From positions 62,001 to 126,000 of the IMG/VR virus record IMGVR_UViG_3300017917_000952: a stretch of DNA of 64,000 nt; one strand, 5' to 3'. The notes beneath the pieces are model-generated. The model was not told where the DNA came from. It made no database searches and saw nothing but the letters and a program-made list of their open reading frames with translations. Positions 53,290-64,000 of the stretch are shown here, piece after piece. Position numbers and translations under genes: made by a program. The stretch's first letter is position 1, and every line of letters begins with the position of its first letter.

Positions 53290-55559
53290 TTCCCTGTTTT
53301 GATAGGGTTACCTTGACTATCTGTTACAAATCCGTTAGTAGAAGTGCTGACCAATGCGCCCTGTAATTGACCTAAGAAGCACTCATAGTAGCCGCGCTTT
53401 CTTGCTTTGATATCTGGTGTATTAAACCCAACAGCAGAGCAGGCTGCTTCAAAGTATCCAGGACTATTTGGATCTGCTTTGCATCTACGTAACAGATACT
53501 TAACACTAACTTCTGCTGCGATTGCAGGATCGTTTAACAGTGTAGGTTTATTAATAAGGTCATAACCAGTTAAATCAGTATAGGCTTGATAATTTGCCCT
53601 ACCCGTAATTTGAATATAGCCACGACCGATATATTTTCCGCCATCTCCGGGCTGAGTATTACCCAGGCCTCTGCCTTTAGATGTTTGGTATCCGTATAAG
53701 AATTCAGGAAGGCTATTATTAGGATTGCCTGCATACTGCTGTGCTAGAGCTCTATCGCCCTTAAAGACACTAGGAAATACCTGCAATAATCTATCTGCAC
53801 TGTAGTTAAAGTTTTCTTCAACAGTTTTCCAACGAGTTTCACCACCAGCAATACCTAATAGCGCAGCGATAGCATAAGGACTGGTTAGCCCGTACTTGGT
53901 GCAGGCCGCCTTAATTGCAGAAATTCCTGCCTGGGAAGACGCGGCATTAATATCCTTAGCATATTGCGGATCGCAGGTACCTGGTTGAACTTCTGGTTGG
54001 TTAGCGGGTTCTTGAACTCCTTGGTTAGGACTATCAGGAACTCCTTCAGCAGCACGACTAGGTCCTAAAGTAACGTCTGTTGCTGTAGAACTAAACTTAG
54101 TAGGATTAACGTTTTCGTGCTGATCCCACGGTTCGTGTGTAGGCACACGCTGCATTATCGATCTAATATTTTCTGCTTTATATTTTTCATTAGCCCAGCC
54201 TACACCTGTCTGTCTGTTAGGCAAGGTAAAAATATTCAATAAAGGAGGAGTAGATGCTGTTTCTGCAGGTGACGGAGTTGGACCAGCAGGTCCATTTAGG
54301 TGGATGTTAGATCCTCTCATTCTAATCTCGCCATTAGAATCAACAGTTAACATACCACCGTTGCCGATTTTAAAATCGCCGCCTGCAATCAAATTAGCAT
54401 CCTTGCCCGCTGTTTGAAAAATATTGTTTCCAACGTTTAGGTGTGCATCTGTGCCTACAGTTGTTTTTAATACTTCTCCGACTGTTAAGTCGGCATTTGT
54501 TCTTACAGAAATTTTTGCATAATCGTCGATAGCAAGGTTATAGAAACCTGCAACGTTGGTTTCCATATTCTTGATAGCCCGCATGTTAATGTTTCTGCCT
54601 GCTTCGATATTAAAATCTCTGTCGGCTCTTAGATTAAAGTCTGCTTCGGTATGAATACTAACGCTGTCAGACGCAAAGACATCTAGTTTACCATTACTGG
54701 TTAATTCTATCCATGCAGTTCCTTTTGCATTTCCAATATAGATTAAATCATGACTGTTATGCAGCAAAATCTGGTGACCTGTTCTAGTCCTAATTCTAAC
54801 TAATTCATTTTCGCCATTGATGTCACCGTCGTCCATAACAAAGGTAGTACCGCCTAGTCGAGAAACAGGAACTGTTTGTTTTGAACTGTAGCCCACTTCT
54901 CCTTTTTTACCCTTAGTATCAACTGGCCCAGGGGTACTTATACCAAATACTTGACTCGGTGCTTCTCTCCTTGACGAACTTGATGTAACTCCTCTAATGG
55001 TATCTAACAATAGCCCCTGTTCTAAAAGCCTATCTGCGAACGGATGCACTGGCTTTGTAACTGCACTAGGGTTTGTTGCACCTTTAGAGTGTCCGCTCTT
55101 TAAAAACTCTGCTACTGGAAGATATTTTGTACCGTAACGTTTTATTTGTTCTGCGGTCATTGCTGTATCTTGAGACGCAGCAATACCAGGAACCATGTGA
55201 TTTTGATACAGGTCAGGAATACAGCCCATCCAGTACCCTTGGTTAGGATCACCGTCGATAAAAATAACCATAACCACTGTTCCAACATCGGGAGGAACAA
55301 ACCACATACCATAACTTTTTTGTACGTCCTGGAAATTTTGGCTGTTATTTCCTTGGTAACGAATAGATGTTACGCCATAGAATGGATTTAGATAACGTAC
55401 AATAAATGTATCTTCTTGTAGGTCGGTAGAGTTTTGTACTGTCTTTATTAAGGAAACCTCTAGGTTACCCATGTAAGTAGGATCGAGGTGGTTAGTCACT
55501 TCGGCCAGGAACGGGCCTGGGGAAGGAAGTTTACTAAGCGTTCTTTGTTCAACAGCCAT
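53286..55559 (-). CDS. gp5: Baseplate hub/spike (gp5-like OB-fold + beta-helix) fused to C-terminal GH19 lysozyme
   Basis: [18 protein letters not shown]...YWMG; beta-repeats; RVPTHEPW; GET...[21 protein letters not shown]. Confidence 0.82.
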   Translation of the reverse strand: MAVEQRTLSKLPSPGPFLAEVTNHLDPTYMGNLEVSLIKTVQNSTDLQEDTFIVRYLNPFYGVTSIRYQGNNSQNFQDVQKSYGMWFVPPDVGTVVMVIFIDGDPNQGYWMGCIPDLYQNHMVPGIAASQDTAMTAEQIKRYGTKYLPVAEFLKSGHSKGATNPSAVTKPVHPFADRLLEQGLLLDTIRGVTSSSSRREAPSQVFGISTPGPVDTKGKKGEVGYSSKQTVPVSRLGGTTFVMDDGDINGENELVRIRTRTGHQILLHNSHDLIYIGNAKGTAWIELTSNGKLDVFASDSVSIHTEADFNLRADRDFNIEAGRNINMRAIKNMETNVAGFYNLAIDDYAKISVRTNADLTVGEVLKTTVGTDAHLNVGNNIFQTAGKDANLIAGGDFKIGNGGMLTVDSNGEIRMRGSNIHLNGPAGPTPSPAETASTPPLLNIFTLPNRQTGVGWANEKYKAENIRSIMQRVPTHEPWDQHENVNPTKFSSTATDVTLGPSRAAEGVPDSPNQGVQEPANQPEVQPGTCDPQYAKDINAASSQAGISAIKAACTKYGLTSPYAIAALLGIAGGETRWKTVEENFNYSADRLLQVFPSVFKGDRALAQQYAGNPNNSLPEFLYGYQTSKGRGLGNTQPGDGGKYIGRGYIQITGRANYQAYTDLTGYDLINKPTLLNDPAIAAEVSVKYLLRRCKADPNSPGYFEAACSAVGFNTPDIKARKRGYYECFLGQLQGALVSTSTNGFVTDSQGNPIKTGK

Positions 55560-55562
55560 GTT

Positions 55563-58500
55563 TTACCTTATCATTATTTTATCTAAAGGACTTGATTTAG
55601 AAGATTTACTTCCGAATACACTAGGTGCAGACTTACCTAAATCGCCTACAATATTAACAGGCCCTAACTGATTCTTAACTCCTATAAAGTTACCTTCTAG
55701 AGATCCAGGTATTCCTGTTGGGCCCATAAGCGACTGTCTACTACCGTATAATTTTAATCCAAGAACGGCAGCATCTTGCACTGATCTAACATTGTCAATT
55801 CCCAATCTACTCTTATATTTGTCAATAATAGTAGGACTGTTGTCGCTCACTTGTTTTGCTGCATCAGGAGGTAACTGAGATTGAGAAACTTCGTTAATTG
55901 AGTTAACTCCGAACGCTTTTGCAACTGCGGATTGGCCTCCGGCAGTTGCCAATCTGTTTAAGAAAGATTGGTCAGGAGCAGCATCAGGGGCCCTTGCAAA
56001 TGGAGGTGTTGGAGGTAATGCTCCTAATTCGTTTTGTGTTAATCCGTTTAAGTTTACACCGTTCTTAACAGCAGTATTTAAGTCAGTATCCGCAGGCACC
56101 TTTTTAGTTAGATTGCCTAACTGATTTATTAAATTGCTAGTAATGTTCGGACTTAGACCAGACAATTGTGCCTGGCTTATTCCATAGGCTGCGGCAATTG
56201 CCAGGGGATCGGCTGTATTGCCCTGTGTTGCTGCCTGTACTCGAAGCGCGGCATTGTTTGTAATTCCCGGAATCGCGGTTAAATTATTTCCTAATATACC
56301 TAGCGCAGTTCCGCTGATACCAGGAACATTAGGAACAGCAGAAGGAGGTTCTGCTAATTGCTGATTGTTAAGGTCGCTAACTGTCTGCGGTGCTGGGTTA
56401 TTTTTAAGAATATTGATAGACGCACCTATGCCGATGCCTGATCCTAGCACGGGCAAACTGTTAATTTTTCTACCAACTTGTTTTAGATACTGGCCAGCAA
56501 GTTGAGCCGCAGGGCCAGAAACTCCGAAAGATTTTAAGAGGTTCATACCTGCTTGTTCAACAAAGCCGCCCGGACTATATACACGCTGTTGTAATCCAAC
56601 GGCTGCTCTTGCAGGTAATGGCATACCAAATGCAGGTTGGTCCTGTGTTTTTAACGGACTGATCATTCTTGACACGCCTGGTAAATTCGGATCGACACCG
56701 CCGACCGGAGTAACTGGTACTGTGCTTCCGGCACCGCCAATGGCCGCAGTAAAGTTGCTAAGTTGGCCCGGAAGACCGGGGCTAGGTATAGAACGATTTA
56801 ACTGCGACAGAAGATTTAGCGTACCAGGTCTAAAGCCAGACTGCTCTGCCGTAGGAGGACCCGAGTCCTCAGTTGCAACATCTTCCGGATTTGGCTTTTG
56901 TGCCTGCGTCTTAGACGGATCTGTGATCGGTGTCTTTTGACTCTGGGGTGTCGTTTGAGGGTTATCGACAGGAACTGCCTGTCCAGGCATACGCATAATT
57001 TCTAGAGACTGCTTAAACATTCCGTCTTTAAACATACTCTTGCATTTTAGAACTTGATATACTCCACTAAAGGGAATTAGGTTCGAGTCGAATTGATAAA
57101 AACCGTCAGCACCGATGTCGACTGGATTCTTAAAGTTGATATTAATTAAAACATCTCCGTAAGTAAATTGTGCTTCACCGTCTTCTGACACCCTAGGTGA
57201 TCCTTCAACTGGTTTAGGGTTGTTATTGCCTAAGCCACCCGTTACTAAAAAGATAGGATCTCCTAAAATATCAATATTTCCGCCGATCATGCTAACCTGA
57301 GAATTAACAATAGCGTTATGCATAGCCTGAGCCATTGCATAGTAAGGGCTTTGCTGCGGTTGTCCTCCGCCTCGGGCCATTGTATTTGTTAGAGTTGCAT
57401 CAGACTGCTGGCCTGTTGCAGGTAGTCCCTTGTCTCCGGAATTACCGCTCTGTTCTGATCGTGTTGCATCTGTGCCGTCTGTTTTAGAAACTGCATCACG
57501 GCCTGGTTGACCTTGGACATTACCTAGGCCAGAAGGAATTGCTTCGAAGAATAAATTGTTAAAGTTTAACTTGAAGTTTGTAATATCCAAGTTCTTTCCT
57601 GTATAGATATAATCATACTTTCTAACACAGGACTGATATAATAACGACTGGTCAACTGTTTGATTTGCAAATCCAGGAACCTTAGTATATAAAATCTTGT
57701 AAGGAGTTACTACATAGGTGTATATGTAATAATGTTTATTTTTAAGTTTATCAATCTTAGGCTTTTCTGTAACTTCTAATTTTATCAAGAAGTAGTCAAA
57801 CATATTATCTTTTACAACTTCTTTCCAATTACTGCCCATTAATTTTTCAAGGCGGCTTCGTAGATAGTGACTGTCTCTAATGATTGCCTCAATACATTCT
57901 TGAATACTACGCCCTTCGTTAAACTGAATAACAGGATCGCGAGGTTCTAATGCAACGACTCTGCTGGCTCCGGCAGGTGCATTTGAAGCAGACGAAGGGG
58001 CAAGGTATACAACATTGCCCTGCGGGTCTCTATATTTCTGTTGAGTATTGCCAGGATCGGGCATTGTAAAAAGATTCTTATCTTCTGTAATTTCAGTTAC
58101 TTTCGATAAAGATATCTCATTAGGTGTATCAACCCATCCTTTGCTATTATCCCAAGAAGGAAACTTAACTTTGTACTCGTCATAGTCGAGCGGTTTCTCT
58201 TTAGCATCGTCTGCTTCTTTTTTAATTTGCTCAGAAACAGACCTAACTAAATCTTCCACGATGTCTTTAACAGTCGCTCCTTTAATTTTCACTGACTTTT
58301 TAATAGTGCTAGGATTACCAAAGTGTACTTCGTTAAGTGGGACGGCTTTAATTTGATACTTTGTTCCCTTTTCGTCGAGGTTAACTTCAACGTTAGTAAT
58401 TTGGATAGGAAAATATCGTGTACCAAATTGTTCTATTACAGGATCGGGCATATCACTCGTGTCGGGATAACCAATGAACTCCATTTTTAGTACAAAAGCC

Positions 58501-58973
58501 GCATTTGCATACGTTGGGTGTCCTGCGGCTTGAGCCGCTACCTGTAATGCTTCAATAAATCCATTTATGCTAAAGGGCTCGTATACGTCGAACGAAATAT
58601 TCGTAGGCTGTGTTGATGCAGAGTTTTTATCACGCTGCATGATTGTTTCGATTTCGAGATTGTCAATGAACATATCAAATCGGCCGGGACTATTTTCATT
58701 AAATCCATCTACCAGTGCCTGATTTGCCGACGTTGTTGCAGACTTCATGCCTTGAGGGCCTTTGCCGCCGGAACGTAAAATTACATAGTTTAATTCTCTA
58801 GACCTGTAAGTATTAGGATCATTTACTTCCTCGCTAGATAACGCCGCTAGAGTAAACAAATATGTAAAACTTCTATATTTGTGCAACACATTTAATTCTG
58901 GTGGTTTATTTCCAGACGGTGCTGGTGCTGCGGACGAGCCTACGTTTACGGTCTTTCTATCTACCTCACTCAT
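55563..58973 (-). CDS. Probable baseplate hub/tail protein with long low-complexity C-terminus
   Basis: NVLHKYRSFTY.FTL...; GDP...FSGVYQV...F.Q.LEI.R; location in baseplate block. Confidence 0.55.
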   Translation of the reverse strand: MSEVDRKTVNVGSSAAPAPSGNKPPELNVLHKYRSFTYLFTLAALSSEEVNDPNTYRSRELNYVILRSGGKGPQGMKSATTSANQALVDGFNENSPGRFDMFIDNLEIETIMQRDKNSASTQPTNISFDVYEPFSINGFIEALQVAAQAAGHPTYANAAFVLKMEFIGYPDTSDMPDPVIEQFGTRYFPIQITNVEVNLDEKGTKYQIKAVPLNEVHFGNPSTIKKSVKIKGATVKDIVEDLVRSVSEQIKKEADDAKEKPLDYDEYKVKFPSWDNSKGWVDTPNEISLSKVTEITEDKNLFTMPDPGNTQQKYRDPQGNVVYLAPSSASNAPAGASRVVALEPRDPVIQFNEGRSIQECIEAIIRDSHYLRSRLEKLMGSNWKEVVKDNMFDYFLIKLEVTEKPKIDKLKNKHYYIYTYVVTPYKILYTKVPGFANQTVDQSLLYQSCVRKYDYIYTGKNLDITNFKLNFNNLFFEAIPSGLGNVQGQPGRDAVSKTDGTDATRSEQSGNSGDKGLPATGQQSDATLTNTMARGGGQPQQSPYYAMAQAMHNAIVNSQVSMIGGNIDILGDPIFLVTGGLGNNNPKPVEGSPRVSEDGEAQFTYGDVLININFKNPVDIGADGFYQFDSNLIPFSGVYQVLKCKSMFKDGMFKQSLEIMRMPGQAVPVDNPQTTPQSQKTPITDPSKTQAQKPNPEDVATEDSGPPTAEQSGFRPGTLNLLSQLNRSIPSPGLPGQLSNFTAAIGGAGSTVPVTPVGGVDPNLPGVSRMISPLKTQDQPAFGMPLPARAAVGLQQRVYSPGGFVEQAGMNLLKSFGVSGPAAQLAGQYLKQVGRKINSLPVLGSGIGIGASINILKNNPAPQTVSDLNNQQLAEPPSAVPNVPGISGTALGILGNNLTAIPGITNNAALRVQAATQGNTADPLAIAAAYGISQAQLSGLSPNITSNLINQLGNLTKKVPADTDLNTAVKNGVNLNGLTQNELGALPPTPPFARAPDAAPDQSFLNRLATAGGQSAVAKAFGVNSINEVSQSQLPPDAAKQVSDNSPTIIDKYKSRLGIDNVRSVQDAAVLGLKLYGSRQSLMGPTGIPGSLEGNFIGVKNQLGPVNIVGDLGKSAPSVFGSKSSKSSPLDKIMIR

Positions 58974-58974
58974 A

Positions 58975-59274
58975 TTAAATTCCTAATGTTTGTTTCATTG
59001 AGCTTTGTTTAGGAAGAAATATTTTAACTCCCGGCTCTAGATCAAAAACAGGATCTTTAAGAACCGATGGATTTCTAGCAGCAAATACCCACCATAACTT
59101 ACTATCGCTATAAAGGTCATAGGCTAATAAATCAGGCCTATGCGTATAACTGGCTGTTACTGTGAACAAGATATCGTCGGGTTCGGCAGGAATTTGTCTC
59201 CATACCATAACATCAAGGTAACCGTTCTCCTGACCTGTGCTAGCATACGGACTAGTATTACTGTAATTTGCCAT
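58975..59274 (-). CDS. gp53: Baseplate wedge gp53-like (LysM-like) protein
   Basis: RPDLLAYDLYSDSKLWWVFAARN...PG.KI.LP. Confidence 0.75.
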   Translation of the reverse strand: MANYSNTSPYASTGQENGYLDVMVWRQIPAEPDDILFTVTASYTHRPDLLAYDLYSDSKLWWVFAARNPSVLKDPVFDLEPGVKIFLPKQSSMKQTLGI

Positions 59275-60146
59275 TATAGATATCCTTTTCCAACTAATGA
59301 GTTCTTAATATAAGAATCAACTGTTGCTACCGACATTTCTCTTCTACTGTATGTTGGCTTGCATGTGACAGTAACTGACGCCTTTGTAGGAACGCTAACA
59401 CGTTGACCTCGAACCCAGCAGGTATAAAAATCAACATCGTCGGGCAAATCGTGTCTTACACTTGTAACAACAACCGGTACATTCTTTAGTACCCATTCAC
59501 CGTAGGAAAACAATCTGCAGATAGGTGGGGGACTTCCTGCCTTGCTGTCGTTACCAAATTGCATTTTTGTTAAAGAAGATAAAATTCTAATAGCACCGAT
59601 GTAATAGTATGCATCGTCTTCGTTTTGAACTGTAAAAGTTGATGTAATAGTAATGTCGCTTACACCACTATTTTTATAAAAATTAATTGCATAGTTAGAA
59701 TGCAAAGGAGTATTCGAGCTGTATTCTGCTCTGCTTTCTAATGTAATCTGAGGTGTATATGGAAACAAGACGCCGCCAAATCTAGCGAAATCTCTTGCAA
59801 AATCTCCCTGAATATAACTGCCAGGAACTTTAATAATAGTCCTTAACTCGTCTTGGCCGCCGGCATCTACAGCGGAATTATCAGAATTAACTTTTTGAAC
59901 TGTAACCTCAGGCGCGACTTCGACGGGTTTTTCTGCACCCTGTGTTGCATTGCCAGTATCTCTAATAGGACCAGATGCTGGAGCAGGATACCTATTTGCT
60001 AGACGAGCAGTCTCATCTCCTGTATCAGTTGCAGTACCACGTCTCCTAGGGTTCCTATAAACTACAGTACCACCGGCTGAATTATTAACGCCCGTGAAGC
60101 CATTTTGTGAATAAATACCTGGTTCGCCTAAAATATTCCCTGCCAT
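59274..60146 (-). CDS. Baseplate/tail-tube initiator-like protein (gp48/gp54-like)
   Basis: VLFPYTP.I...GSPPPICRL..YG...L.NVPVVVTS. Confidence 0.55.
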   Translation of the reverse strand: MAGNILGEPGIYSQNGFTGVNNSAGGTVVYRNPRRRGTATDTGDETARLANRYPAPASGPIRDTGNATQGAEKPVEVAPEVTVQKVNSDNSAVDAGGQDELRTIIKVPGSYIQGDFARDFARFGGVLFPYTPQITLESRAEYSSNTPLHSNYAINFYKNSGVSDITITSTFTVQNEDDAYYYIGAIRILSSLTKMQFGNDSKAGSPPPICRLFSYGEWVLKNVPVVVTSVRHDLPDDVDFYTCWVRGQRVSVPTKASVTVTCKPTYSRREMSVATVDSYIKNSLVGKGYL

Positions 60147-60166
60147 AATCGTTTCCTTATAATTAC

Positions 60167-60173
60167 TATTTAA
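60167..60173 (-). promoter_or_regulatory. T4-late-like promoter motif TTAAATA
   Basis: Head of the entire minus-strand baseplate block. Confidence 0.55.
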
Positions 60174-60201
60174 CCATTAGATAAAGTGCCAATATTATTG
60201 G

Positions 60202-60229
60202 TTGACAGGTAGTAATTTTGTGCTATACT
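60202..60229 (+). promoter_or_regulatory. sigma70-like promoter (extended -10) for late sigma gene
   Basis: TTGACA-N16-TATACT with TGc. Confidence 0.65.
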
Positions 60230-60254
60230 TTCTAAAAAGGACTACAACATTACC

Positions 60255-61172
60255 ATGACTTTAGGAACTACAATAAGAAAAGCCAAATACCTAAACAACA
60301 GAGACCTGCTAGCAGAAATTCATAGGAGCAAATGCTCCTTTTCAAGTTTTACTAAGCCAGAATACAGTACATACGATATTATTCTACCAAGCACAGATAA
60401 AGTTAATCAACGCACTCTTGCCGATGCCAGAAGAAATAAAGCAAAACGTATAGGCTTGCAAGCATTTACTGAAGCAAGACTCTCAGGCGATAAAAAGGTA
60501 AAACTAGCAGACTTAACTCCGGATTATAAGTCTATACCTAAGACAGATGTTATTATCAGAATAATGACATTTGATCATATTCCCCTTGCTCCGGGCCGTA
60601 AAAAGACTACCAAGACTACAGCAGATAGTCACGAAAAGGTAAATTTTCCTCCTTTCCAACACTGGAAACTAGACGAAGAAACTGAAGAACTAGTCTGTGT
60701 AGGTAAAAGTCATTGGAAGGGCCCTGTTGATAAAGGACAGTTCAGCAAAGACCACGGACGCATTACTGAAAACTTAGGTAAGATGTTTATCAAACTAAGT
60801 GAACGCTATGCACAGAGAAGCAACTGGCGTGGATACACCTATGTAGATGAGATGAAGGGACAGGCTATTTTACAGTTAAGTCAGATCGGTCTTCAATTTG
60901 ACGAGTCTAAATCAGAGAATCCATTTGCTTATTACACAGCCGCAGTCACTAATAGTTTTACTAGGATTCTAAATCTAGAGAAGAAAAATCAAAACATTCG
61001 TGACGATTTACTCGAAGAAAACGGCCTAACTCCAAGTCTTACTAGACAAAACCAGCACGAATACGCCGAAGAAACAGCACGCCAGGCAGAACTATACAAG
61101 AACATGCGTATGCCAAAAAGCGAAGAAGTTGATATTGAAGAAGAGTTTGAGGATGAAGGAACTGAGGCTTGA
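60255..61172 (+). CDS. gp55: Late-transcription sigma factor (T4 gp55-like) with internal/N-terminal extension
   Basis: YLNNRDLL.EI; NWRGYTYVDEM..QAI...LQFDESKSENPFAYYT....NSF.RI...EKK. Confidence 0.82.
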   Translation: MTLGTTIRKAKYLNNRDLLAEIHRSKCSFSSFTKPEYSTYDIILPSTDKVNQRTLADARRNKAKRIGLQAFTEARLSGDKKVKLADLTPDYKSIPKTDVIIRIMTFDHIPLAPGRKKTTKTTADSHEKVNFPPFQHWKLDEETEELVCVGKSHWKGPVDKGQFSKDHGRITENLGKMFIKLSERYAQRSNWRGYTYVDEMKGQAILQLSQIGLQFDESKSENPFAYYTAAVTNSFTRILNLEKKNQNIRDDLLEENGLTPSLTRQNQHEYAEETARQAELYKNMRMPKSEEVDIEEEFEDEGTEA

Positions 61173-61197
61173 CTTTGCCCGTTCTGATCGCTACACT
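61169..61197 (+). promoter_or_regulatory. sigma70-like promoter
   Basis: TTGACT-N17-TACACT; AGGAG SD downstream. Confidence 0.6.
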
Positions 61198-61221
61198 GTT
61201 TAAGTTAGGAGAATTATAATA

Positions 61222-62235
61222 ATGCCTATGTTTAAAAAGGTAGCATGTTTTACAGACATACACTTTGGGCTCAAATCAAACAGTTCAACTCATCTAAGGG
61301 ACTGCGAAGAATTTGTAGATTGGTTTATTGATACAGCCAAAAAAGAAGGTTGCGAAACTGCAATCTTCTTAGGCGACTGGAGTCACAATCGAAACAGTCT
61401 CAATTTGATGACCCTTGATACTAGTATTAGGTGTCTAGAAAAGTTAGGTGCTGCATTTGATAAGTTTTACTGGTTTCCTGGAAACCACGACTTGTTCTAT
61501 AAAGACAAGCGAGATGTACACAGTTCTGCATTTGGCAGGCACATTCCCGGCGTCACTGTGGTTGAAAAAATTGAAGTCATAGACGATGTAGCCTTAGTAC
61601 CGTGGTTGGTAGGTGACGAATGGAAGAAGATGCCCGAATTAGAGTGCAAATATGTATTTGGACATTTTGAACTTCCTAAGTTCTTTATGAACGCAATGGT
61701 ACAAATGCCAGATCACGGGGAACTGAGAGCAGAAGACTTTCAGAAGCCCGACTACATCTTTTCTGGGCACTTCCACAAACGCCAGACCAATAACAAAGTT
61801 ATCTATATAGGTAACGCCTTCCCACATAACTTTGCAGATGCATGGGATGACGAACGGGGTATGATGACCTTAGAGTGGGGCGGTGAGCCTAAGTTTATTA
61901 ACTGGGAAAACTGCCCTAAGTTCCGTGTTATCAAACTGTCAGATTTAATTGACAAAGAAGACAGCATCATGAAAAGCAAGATGCATCTTAAAGTTCACCT
62001 CGATATTGATATTAGTTTCGAAGAAGCAAACTTTATTAAAGAAACGTTTACAGAAAAACACGACATTCGAGAGATTAGTCTAATCCAAGATAAAACTAAT
62101 TTAGACGGTACTGTTGACGATAACCCTGATGCTAAGTTTGAAAGTGTTGACCAGATTGTAACAGAACAACTAGTTAATATCGACAGCAAAGAATTTGATA
62201 AGAACACCCTGCTAGAAATCTATAATAATCTATGA
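61222..62235 (+). CDS. gp47: Recombination endonuclease subunit (gp47/SbcD/Mre11)
   Basis: DIHFG, LGDW, PGNHD, FGHF, SGHFH. Confidence 0.92.
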   Translation: MPMFKKVACFTDIHFGLKSNSSTHLRDCEEFVDWFIDTAKKEGCETAIFLGDWSHNRNSLNLMTLDTSIRCLEKLGAAFDKFYWFPGNHDLFYKDKRDVHSSAFGRHIPGVTVVEKIEVIDDVALVPWLVGDEWKKMPELECKYVFGHFELPKFFMNAMVQMPDHGELRAEDFQKPDYIFSGHFHKRQTNNKVIYIGNAFPHNFADAWDDERGMMTLEWGGEPKFINWENCPKFRVIKLSDLIDKEDSIMKSKMHLKVHLDIDISFEEANFIKETFTEKHDIREISLIQDKTNLDGTVDDNPDAKFESVDQIVTEQLVNIDSKEFDKNTLLEIYNNL

Positions 62236-64000
62236 GTTTTAAATTAAAAAATCTTACCGTTAAAAATTTCATGAGCGTGGGCAACCAGACCCAGGCTGTA
62301 GATTTTGATAAAGAACACCTAACTCTTGTATTAGGTGCTAACCTCGACCTCGGTGGAGACGACACAGGTAGTCGTAATGGCACGGGTAAGACTACAATTA
62401 TCAATGCATTAAGTTATGCACTCTACGGACAGGCGCTGACTAACATTCGTAAAGAAAATCTTATCAATAAAATTAACGGTAAGAACATGTTAGTCACTGT
62501 TGAGTTTGAAAAAGGCGGCAACAAATATAAGATCGAACGAGGCCGTAAGCCCAATGTACTTAAACTCTACGTCAATGATCAGGCTGTAGAAAGTAAAGAC
62601 GAAGACGAAAGTCAAGGCGACAGTAGAGAAACACAAAAATCAATTGAAGAAATGCTTGAAATGAGTCATACCATGTTCAAGCATCTTGTTGCACTTAACA
62701 CTTACACAGAACCGTTCCTGAGTATGAGGGCGGCAGATCAGCGCGAAGTAATCGAACAACTGTTAGGCATCACCTTACTGAGCGTAAAAGCAGAAGCACT
62801 CAAGCAGGCTGTTAAAGAAACTAAAGATGCTATACAAGCAGAAGAAGTTAAAATTACAGCCATTAAAACTGCAAATGAAAATGTGCAAAAGAGCATTGAC
62901 AGTCTACAACTTAAAAGCAGTGCGTGGGATAATAAACATCAACAAGAGTTAGAAAATCTCGGGCGGGCTATTCTTAATTTAGAAGCAGTAGACATCGAAG
63001 CGGAACTAACTGCTCATACAAATTTAAAAGCATGGGAAGAACTCGATACTAAACTTAGAAGTCTGAATAAACAACGGGCTACTCTAGAATCTGCTGTTAC
63101 TCAGGCCCAAAAGACACTGGATAAGTATGCTCGCGAAGTAGAAACACTGTCTAATAAGACATGCCCTGCTTGTGAACAAGAACTTCATGACCATAAACAC
63201 GAAGAAATGACTGCTGCCGCTGCATTACATCTTGCAGAAGCTCAGACTTACTTTGACAAAGTATCAGGCGATCTTAAAAAGATCTTGCTAGAAATAGGCA
63301 CAGGCGATATGCCTCGCAAGCCTACGACTTTCTATGAAACCGAAGCAGAAGCATTAGGTCATAAAAATAATCTAGATAATTTAGAAAAGTCCTTGATGGG
63401 TAAAGCAGAAGAAAAGAATCCCTATGCTGAACAGATTGAAGATTTAAAGAAAACTGCCATTCAAGAAATTGATTGGACTATTATCAATACTCTAACAAAG
63501 TATCGAGACCATCAAGAATTCTTACTGAAGTTGTTAACAAACAAAGATAGTTTTATCCGTAAGAAGATCATTGACCAAAACTTAACTTACCTAAACAAGC
63601 GACTAACTTATTATATCGATAAATTGGGTCTACCACACACTGTTGTTTTCCAAAACGATTTGTCAGTTCAAATCACTCAATTAGGACAAGACTTAGACTT
63701 TGATAACTTATCGCGTGGTGAACGTAACCGACTAATCTTGAGCATGAGCTTTGCTTTCCGCGATGTATGGGAAGGCCTATATCAAAGCATTAACCTGCTG
63801 TTCATCGATGAACTTGTAGATGCTGGTATGGATAGTGCAGGTGTTGAAGCGGCATTAGCAGTACTAAAGAAGATGGCTCGTGAACGCAACAAGAACATTT
63901 ATCTGATCAGTCACAAGGACGAACTTGTAGGCCGCGTTAACAATGTGCTACGAGTAGTCAAAGAAAACGGTTTTACCAGTTATTCAAACGATGTAGACTA
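62232..64000 (+). CDS. gp46: Recombination ATPase (gp46/SbcC/Rad50), runs off window end
   Basis: Not in ORF track (no stop). ATG 62232; Walker A NGTGKTT, Zn hook CPAC, signature LSRGE, Walker B FIDE, ISH. Confidence 0.92.
   Translation, partial: MSFKLKNLTVKNFMSVGNQTQAVDFDKEHLTLVLGANLDLGGDDTGSRNGTGKTTIINALSYALYGQALTNIRKENLINKINGKNMLVTVEFEKGGNKYKIERGRKPNVLKLYVNDQAVESKDEDESQGDSRETQKSIEEMLEMSHTMFKHLVALNTYTEPFLSMRAADQREVIEQLLGITLLSVKAEALKQAVKETKDAIQAEEVKITAIKTANENVQKSIDSLQLKSSAWDNKHQQELENLGRAILNLEAVDIEAELTAHTNLKAWEELDTKLRSLNKQRATLESAVTQAQKTLDKYAREVETLSNKTCPACEQELHDHKHEEMTAAAALHLAEAQTYFDKVSGDLKKILLEIGTGDMPRKPTTFYETEAEALGHKNNLDNLEKSLMGKAEEKNPYAEQIEDLKKTAIQEIDWTIINTLTKYRDHQEFLLKLLTNKDSFIRKKIIDQNLTYLNKRLTYYIDKLGLPHTVVFQNDLSVQITQLGQDLDFDNLSRGERNRLILSMSFAFRDVWEGLYQSINLLFIDELVDAGMDSAGVEAALAVLKKMARERNKNIYLISHKDELVGRVNNVLRVVKENGFTSYSNDVD

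Noticed and set aside
1-64000. Stop-codon reassignment, tRNA genes, CRISPR arrays
   Set aside because: Code 11 gives near-complete coding density with full-length conserved proteins; intergenic gaps are too short and no cloverleaf or repeat-spacer pattern was seen (tRNAscan not run)

Overview
Segment of a large (jumbo-type) T4-like myovirus genome, densely coding in genetic code 11. I saw no tRNA, rRNA, CRISPR array, integrase, intron or intein. It has four blocks. (1) 1-14.2 kb holds host-manipulation and probable head-internal genes: a truncated PP-loop ATPase, panD, a 3-TM holin-like protein, dnaJ-def-clpA, a 1.3-kaa protein with three different nucleotidyltransferase-type motif sets, Dps, GVAE-repeat proteins and a Zn-deaminase. 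(2) 14.3-33.6 kb (+) holds replication and nucleotide genes: family-B DNA polymerase, probable sliding clamp, a 7-deazaguanine DNA-modification neighbourhood (TGT/DpdA-like, T-fold QueD/DpdL-like, GT-B glycosyltransferase, cupin, MazG-like, QueE), RNase H/5'-exonuclease, a MoxR AAA + VWA/HExxH pair, DHFR and thyA. (3) 33.6-60.1 kb (-) holds tail fibres, a 3,953-aa virion protein and T4-like baseplate genes (gp6-, gp25-, gp5+GH19-, gp53-like). (4) 60.2-64 kb (+) holds a gp55-like late sigma factor and gp47/gp46 (Mre11/Rad50). Two promoter classes are visible: sigma70-like TTGAC-N17-TAtAaT and T4-late-like (n)TAAATA. The most novel candidates are a possibly glycosylated 7-deazaguanine DNA modification, a protease-processed triple-nucleotidyltransferase polyprotein, and a twin-hairpin operator in front of the DNA polymerase. 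All family assignments come from motif recognition by eye; no database search was run.
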